This document shows positions 58,772 to 64,000 of a DNA stretch of 64,000 nucleotides, piece by piece; position 1 is the first letter of the stretch, and each line of letters begins with the position of its first letter. The notes under the pieces were generated by a model. That model made no database searches. It worked only from the letters and a program-made list of their open reading frames with translations, and was not told where the DNA came from. Both the position numbers and the translations under genes were made by a program. Source of the DNA: Armatimonadota bacterium (lineage in GTDB: Bacteria; Armatimonadota; Fervidibacteria; Fervidibacterales; Thermosaccharophagaceae); contig JANXAS010000005.1 of NCBI GenBank assembly GCA_025062195.1, forward strand, positions 15,368-79,367. Reading direction: 5' to 3'.

Positions 58772-60421
58772 ATGAGCGACAGAGTGACAACCGGCATAGA
58801 CGGCTTGGACGAGATATTCAATGGTGGTGTGTTGAGGGGTAGCTCAGTGCTTGTTGAAGGTCCTCCAGGGAGTGGCAAGACAACGCTCGGATTGCAATTC
58901 ATCATTCATGGGATAACTCAGTGCGGCGAGAGTGGTGTCGTAATAACATTTGAGCAGTTTCCGGAACAGCTTTACAGGGATGCAATGGCGTTTGGTTGGG
59001 ATCTGAAGCGAATGGAAGAGGAAGGCAAGTTGCGCGTCATATGCACATCGCCGCCAGTCCTTGAAAGGATGCTTCGTTCGTCTGACGGGGCAATTGAAAA
59101 GGTGCGCGATGAGATAGGTGCAAAACGCATACTCGTTGATAGCGTCACTCACCTTCATCGTATAACTGAAAACCCGGTGCAGCTCCGTGAGCTGCTTCAC
59201 TCACTCGTCAACGGACTTAAGTTGCTTGGCTTCACATCGCTCTTGACGAAGGAGATGACAACGCTTGAGCCGGGCTACTTTGATTTTGAAGAGTATGTGG
59301 TTGACACCGTGATAAGGCTAAGTCACATCATACTGTCGGGCACCCGTGGTTCAAAGCGCTGGCTTGAGGTGAGGAAGGCAAGGGGACAGAGCTACATTGA
59401 GGGACGGCATCCATACAGAATAACCAACTCTGGGATCTGTGTTTTCCCATGTCCACACCCAAAGAAAAGGGTCCTGAGAAAGAGGGCGAAGATGGCGGGC
59501 ACACATGAGAGGGTATCAAGTGGTGTTCCGGGGTTGGACGAACTCTTAATGGGCGGTTATATTAGGAACACGACGGCTCTCGCTGCCGGACCATCCGGTG
59601 CCGGCAAAACTATGCTTGCATTGCACTTCCTCGTTGATGGCGCCGCAAAAGGAGAGCGCGGATTGTTGCTTACATTTCAGGAAAGCCCGGAGCGAATACT
59701 GCAGACTATGCTCACAATTGATCCGGCCTCGCAAAGTTACATCAGGCGCGGTTTGGTGCGAATTGAGCATATCCTGCCAATGAGCATGAGTGCCGAAGAG
59801 GTAATAAATCAGCTCATGCGCTGGTGCGATAAGTTGCGGATAAAGAGACTTGTCATAGATAGCCTCTCCGACTTGCTCAGCTCAGTTGAGGACGAAGTGA
59901 CAGCTCGCGACCTGGCATACTCACTCGTCAAGCTTTTGGAAGAGAGGGGTATCACGACTATTGTCACATATGAACTTACGCAGGTCGCCGGTATAACAAG
60001 CATTTCCGAAATAGGCTATTCATTCATTGCCGATTCTATCGTCTACATAGGCTTTACTGAGGTTGAAAGTGAGGTTGCAAAGGTCATAAGCGTTCTCAAG
60101 CTTCGCGGCGGTCAGCATCAACCGGATTTGCGCCAATTGCTTGTCACTGATAGGGGGCTTAAGGTCGGGACAAAGTTTACCGGTCTTTCCGGGGTTTTGC
60201 AAGGTGCACCAATTGGGCACTATCGTGAGACGGTGGACGAAATATTGCAGCCGCTCACATTCATAAGCGACTTCATTGATGTGCTCTCCGAAGAAAAACT
60301 CGGTGAGGATGAAAGGGGGCAAATCATCGCAAGCATGAAGGAACAAGTTGCAAGGGTAATGAGGCTGCTCTGCGAAAAATACCAAGTTGACTATGAATCG
60401 TTGGTCGGCAATCTGTCCTGA
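58772..60421 (+). CDS. Two-domain KaiC-like ATPase with C-terminal HisKA-like helical tail
   Basis: TGIDGLD..GPPGSGKT..LVDS..KARG; SGVPGLD..GPSGAGKT..VIDS..KLRG; tail DEILQPLTFISDFIDVL. Confidence 0.9.
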   Translation: MSDRVTTGIDGLDEIFNGGVLRGSSVLVEGPPGSGKTTLGLQFIIHGITQCGESGVVITFEQFPEQLYRDAMAFGWDLKRMEEEGKLRVICTSPPVLERMLRSSDGAIEKVRDEIGAKRILVDSVTHLHRITENPVQLRELLHSLVNGLKLLGFTSLLTKEMTTLEPGYFDFEEYVVDTVIRLSHIILSGTRGSKRWLEVRKARGQSYIEGRHPYRITNSGICVFPCPHPKKRVLRKRAKMAGTHERVSSGVPGLDELLMGGYIRNTTALAAGPSGAGKTMLALHFLVDGAAKGERGLLLTFQESPERILQTMLTIDPASQSYIRRGLVRIEHILPMSMSAEEVINQLMRWCDKLRIKRLVIDSLSDLLSSVEDEVTARDLAYSLVKLLEERGITTIVTYELTQVAGITSISEIGYSFIADSIVYIGFTEVESEVAKVISVLKLRGGQHQPDLRQLLVTDRGLKVGTKFTGLSGVLQGAPIGHYRETVDEILQPLTFISDFIDVLSEEKLGEDERGQIIASMKEQVARVMRLLCEKYQVDYESLVGNLS

Positions 60422-60459
60422 GTGTTAAAAGCGCTAATGCTTACCGGGGGCGATTTTTT

Positions 60460-63015
60460 ATGGGCGGGATTGACATCGGGGATTTGGTCGGCGATTACAT
60501 CAACGAAGCCGAACAGCTAATTGCGAGGATGAACGAATTGATACTGAAGTTATGTGAGCGATATGAGAGTGGCGCGATTGAGCAAATGGAGCTAAGCGAG
60601 TTGCTGAGCGAGCTTTTCCGGAGCGCTCACACGCTCAAAGGCTCATCCGGATTTATCGGCTTAAGGTGCATTGAGGAGTTGGCACATAGCATGGAAGAGG
60701 TCTTTGACGAGTTGCGCTTTGGTGGGATGGCATTATCGGATGAGCTTATAGAGGCGCTATTACAAAGTGTGGATGCACTTGAGCTATCTATTTTACAGCT
60801 CAAGAGCGGAGCACAACCGGATGAGGAACTTTTGAAGTCCGTCACGGAATGGTTTTCAAGGATGGCGGTGGTGAGCCGTGAACATCCAGTTGAGGAAGCC
60901 GCAGATGAAAGCCCAATACCAGAACACATCAGGAAGGTGTTGACGGCGTATCAAGAGAAACTCGCACTTGAGTGCCTCAACTTAGGGCTGCACATTTACG
61001 AGTTTTTTGTGCCGATGAACTTGCGCGAGTTAGAGCGTCAGGTTATGGTCTGGAAAAACAAGCTCATGGAGTTTGGAAGGGTTATCGCTGTGCTACCTCA
61101 AACTTCATCTTATGGTGATTATGACATCGCCTTCCGCTTCATTCTCGCGAGCGCTTTAGATGAAAGCGAAATTGCATTAACAGCATCTCAGGCTGCGGGC
61201 AGCGCTAAGCGGTTGGTTGAGGCAAAAGTTAGTGCACCTAAGGTGATTGGCACCGAGATATCCATTGCAGGTGACCGTGAGACAAAGGGCGCATTGGCGG
61301 AGTTGAAACGGGAAAGAGAACCGCTACCAGCTATAAGCGCAGTCAGGACAATACGAGTTGATGTCCATAAGCTTGATAAGCTGCTTAACCTTGTTGGCGA
61401 ACTCATCGTTATACGCTCACGATATCTCACATTGGAAAAACAACTTCGCAATTTGCTTAAGGGCAGCAGGACGCTTGAGGAGTTTGAGCGAACGAATCGT
61501 TTCCTTTGCCGCCGCCTTGATGAGTTGCGTGAGGGTATATTTGAGGTGCGCATGATACCGTTGAAGTTTGTCTTTGCGAGAGCACCGAGGCTTGTCAGGG
61601 AACTTGCAAGAGCTTCAGGTAAACAAGTCAGGTTGATGATTGATGGTGAGGATGTTGAGATGGATAGGGCAATAGTTGAGGCTATCTCAGAGCCGTTGAT
61701 GCACCTTTTGCGCAATGCAGTTGACCACGGAATTGAATTGCCAGACGAACGCCAACATGCCGGTAAAGAAGCTGTCGGTAATATCTGGCTAACTGCAAGG
61801 CGCGAGGGAAATAGGATAACCATTGAAGTTAAGGACGACGGCAGAGGGATTGATGTCGTGAAGGTGGCAAAGCGCGCAAGGGCGCTCAGCGTGGAAATAC
61901 ACCGTGAGGATTTAACGAATGAGGAGTTGCTTGAAGTTCTGTGCCAACCGGGATTTTCAACCTCAGAACATGTAACCCATCTCTCAGGGAGGGGAGTAGG
62001 TCTTGATGCGGTCAAAAACTCCGTTGAGAGCATGGGCGGGACGGTTGAGTTGGAGACAACTGTAGGCTTTGGGACAACTTTTCGCATGCGCCTTCCTGTG
62101 ACAGTTGCGATATTGCAGGTTTTGCTCACCCGCATTGGCAAAGCTTTATGTGCGTTTCCAACGGATGCTGTAATTGGTGCGCTAAATTTGCGCAGCAGGT
62201 GCGTTGTAAAAATCGGCGGAGTAGAGGCTTATAAGCTCAATGGCGATATCATTCCGCTACTTCGCATGAGCGAACTCTTTTCACGCCCCGTTGCAGATCA
62301 GCTTAAGATGTTCATCGTGCTTTTAGAGGCGCATGGGATGAGAGCTGGGGTCGTTGTCAATGAACTTATCGGATTGCAGGACATAGTGATAAAGCCACTT
62401 CCAGCGCCCCTCAGCGGAATTGACATTCTTATTGGTGCAGCTGAATTGGGCGATGGAAGCATTGCGGTCATAGTGGATGCTCATAAGCTCATCATGAGGC
62501 TCTTCAAATATATCCGAATGAGCGGAGTCAAGCTAAAGGACACAAGTGTTGAAATTTTTGAAGAGGCTTACGAACGACTATACGCACTTGCGTTTCAAAT
62601 TGCTGATAAAATGTTTGCGATGCCAATTGAGCAAGTTGCGGAAGTTTTGCGGGGATGTGAACTGCTTCGTTTCCCAAAGATGCCACAATCAATTGAAGGC
62701 GTAATTGAGTGGCAGGGTAGACGCATTCCTGTGATTGACCTTCGCAAATTGCTCGGAATAGGCACTCCCAAATGGGACGAAAAAACAAGGCTAATTGTGA
62801 CGAACATCAATGGCATGTGTGCAGCGGTAGTCGTGGATACGGTTATTGATGTTGTTTCAATTAAAAGGGGGGATATTCAACCTCTTCCCGGGATGGCTGG
62901 AATAAAAGGCGTTGCAAAATGCAAAATAGGCAATACCGAAGTTGAATGCATCCTGATCGACATAAACGCCTGCATTAAACTTCAAGACTATCCAATAGTT
63001 CTCAGCAGAGATTGA
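60460..63015 (+). CDS. cheA: CheA histidine kinase with an additional C-terminal CheW domain
   Basis: Hpt FRSAHTLKG; IRVD..KLD.L.NLVGEL; HLLRNAVDHG, DDGRG, PGFST, SGRGVGLD; P5 CheW plus a second CheW (RIPVIDLRKLLG). Confidence 0.92.
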   Translation: MGGIDIGDLVGDYINEAEQLIARMNELILKLCERYESGAIEQMELSELLSELFRSAHTLKGSSGFIGLRCIEELAHSMEEVFDELRFGGMALSDELIEALLQSVDALELSILQLKSGAQPDEELLKSVTEWFSRMAVVSREHPVEEAADESPIPEHIRKVLTAYQEKLALECLNLGLHIYEFFVPMNLRELERQVMVWKNKLMEFGRVIAVLPQTSSYGDYDIAFRFILASALDESEIALTASQAAGSAKRLVEAKVSAPKVIGTEISIAGDRETKGALAELKREREPLPAISAVRTIRVDVHKLDKLLNLVGELIVIRSRYLTLEKQLRNLLKGSRTLEEFERTNRFLCRRLDELREGIFEVRMIPLKFVFARAPRLVRELARASGKQVRLMIDGEDVEMDRAIVEAISEPLMHLLRNAVDHGIELPDERQHAGKEAVGNIWLTARREGNRITIEVKDDGRGIDVVKVAKRARALSVEIHREDLTNEELLEVLCQPGFSTSEHVTHLSGRGVGLDAVKNSVESMGGTVELETTVGFGTTFRMRLPVTVAILQVLLTRIGKALCAFPTDAVIGALNLRSRCVVKIGGVEAYKLNGDIIPLLRMSELFSRPVADQLKMFIVLLEAHGMRAGVVVNELIGLQDIVIKPLPAPLSGIDILIGAAELGDGSIAVIVDAHKLIMRLFKYIRMSGVKLKDTSVEIFEEAYERLYALAFQIADKMFAMPIEQVAEVLRGCELLRFPKMPQSIEGVIEWQGRRIPVIDLRKLLGIGTPKWDEKTRLIVTNINGMCAAVVVDTVIDVVSIKRGDIQPLPGMAGIKGVAKCKIGNTEVECILIDINACIKLQDYPIVLSRD

Positions 63016-63100
63016 ACCCTTTGGGTGAAGAACAAACACTTGCCTTAACACGGTTAGGCAAATATACATCGGTTTCGTTATAAAGCAGCGGCGACTGAAA

Positions 63101-64000
63101 ATGCGTTGGCAAATTAAGTTGCTTATTTTTGCTATCTTGTGCTTTGCTATTGGCTGCCTGTTTTGGTGACTGTATCGCTTGCCCTTCATTGAGTTAGAAA
63201 GAGAAATTCAAGCCATTAAAGCAGCAGGCGAGCTGATGCGTTACAAAGAAATTGTGCCACCAGTTCCACCATCCCTGGATGCTGCAAAGATTTACCTGAA
63301 AGCCTTCCATGTGCTGCCAAAGTTATCAAAAACTGAGCAGCAGGCTTTTGACAACTTTTTATTTGGTCGCCCGTCGGACAAAACTCAAGTTCGTCGCATT
63401 TTAAAACGAGCACAAAGTGCCCTTGCGTTGGCGAAGCGAGCCAAATTCCACATGCCCGTTGGATAAAGTTGCGACCTTACCCTTATGAAACGCAATTACA
63501 CCACCTTTTGCCTTTGCGTTCGCTAATTCGCTTGTTGAATGCGGAAGCACTGCTTCATATTCAGGAAGGGAATGTAGATAAGGCTTTGGAAAATTGCTTC
63601 GTCTTGCTGAAAATAGCTCAGCAATTGGATGAAGAACCTATCGCCTTTCATGTGAGGCACATACACTATGCCTTTCGGACGATAAGTGACATTGTTAAGC
63701 ATATTTGTAAAAACAAAGACATTCCGCCCAAGCAAGCGCGTCAGTTAATGCGCTTTATCTCAGATTGGGATGGTGACCGAATCCTTACTCGTCAACTTCA
63801 ACTTGAACGAGCCTTGCACATGCAAACTTTTGATTTCTTGCGGTCTTCTCCCAAATTGGCTCGCGAGCTTTCCTTGGTGTGGTCAGAGGAATGTGTGATT
63901 TACAGTGGAGGGAAAATAGCGGGTTGGATGCAACCACTTTCAAGGCAACTGGCTGTCAATGAGTTGATTATTCTGAGATTTGACCATAAGTTGCTGGAGA
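63101..64000 (+). pseudogene. Disrupted membrane-anchored helical hypothetical protein, runs off the window end
   Basis: MRWQIKLLIFAILCFAIGCLFW, then in-frame TGA at 63167; frame continues to about 63445 and shifts into an open frame (PHARWIKL...LLNAEAL...KIAQQLDEEP...) up to 64000. Confidence 0.7.

Noticed and set aside
58772-60421. Bona fide circadian clock
   Set aside because: No kaiA/kaiB in the window, altered EE motifs and no ST phosphosite pair
61188-62141. Long antisense ORFs (e.g. 61188-62141, 1576-2328, 36850-37473)
   Set aside because: They are shadows of well-supported genes on the opposite strand and carry no recognisable motifs
63167-63169. Selenocysteine readthrough of the in-frame TGA
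   Set aside because: Context is the end of a TM helix (likely TGG to TGA), there is no redox motif or evident SECIS, and a frameshift follows

Overview
Core-chromosome segment of a bacterium with about 50% GC and GAGGTGA Shine-Dalgarno sites. Gene content (DUF6785-type membrane protein, several FGE-like and Gfo/Idh/MocA genes, a multi-BON Tad secretin) suggests a thermophilic Armatimonadota/Fervidibacteria-like organism; this is inference only. It carries housekeeping genes (rpmF, der, lpdA, uvrC, valS, tRNA nucleotidyltransferase, tRNA-Thr(CGT), queD/folE2), a Tad pilus system split over two loci, a split Pst phosphate transporter, a DacZ-type diadenylate cyclase and a terminal pseudogene. 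I saw no prophage, CRISPR-Cas or transposase. The most notable observations are: (1) a PstB ATPase fused in frame to an N-terminal ArsC/LMW-PTP domain that keeps the CX5R P-loop but lacks the resolving cysteines; (2) a kaiC-like/cheA-cheW gene pair in which the KaiC has EQ/QE catalytic motifs and a C-terminal HisKA-like tail with His replaced by Asp; (3) a triplicated 32-bp hairpin+RBS unit in front of pstS; (4) a dispersed family of structured non-coding elements with a shared GCTCTT(T/C)(G/A)CTCAAA terminus, one pair showing a compensatory base change. All product calls come from recognising motifs by eye; no database search was run.
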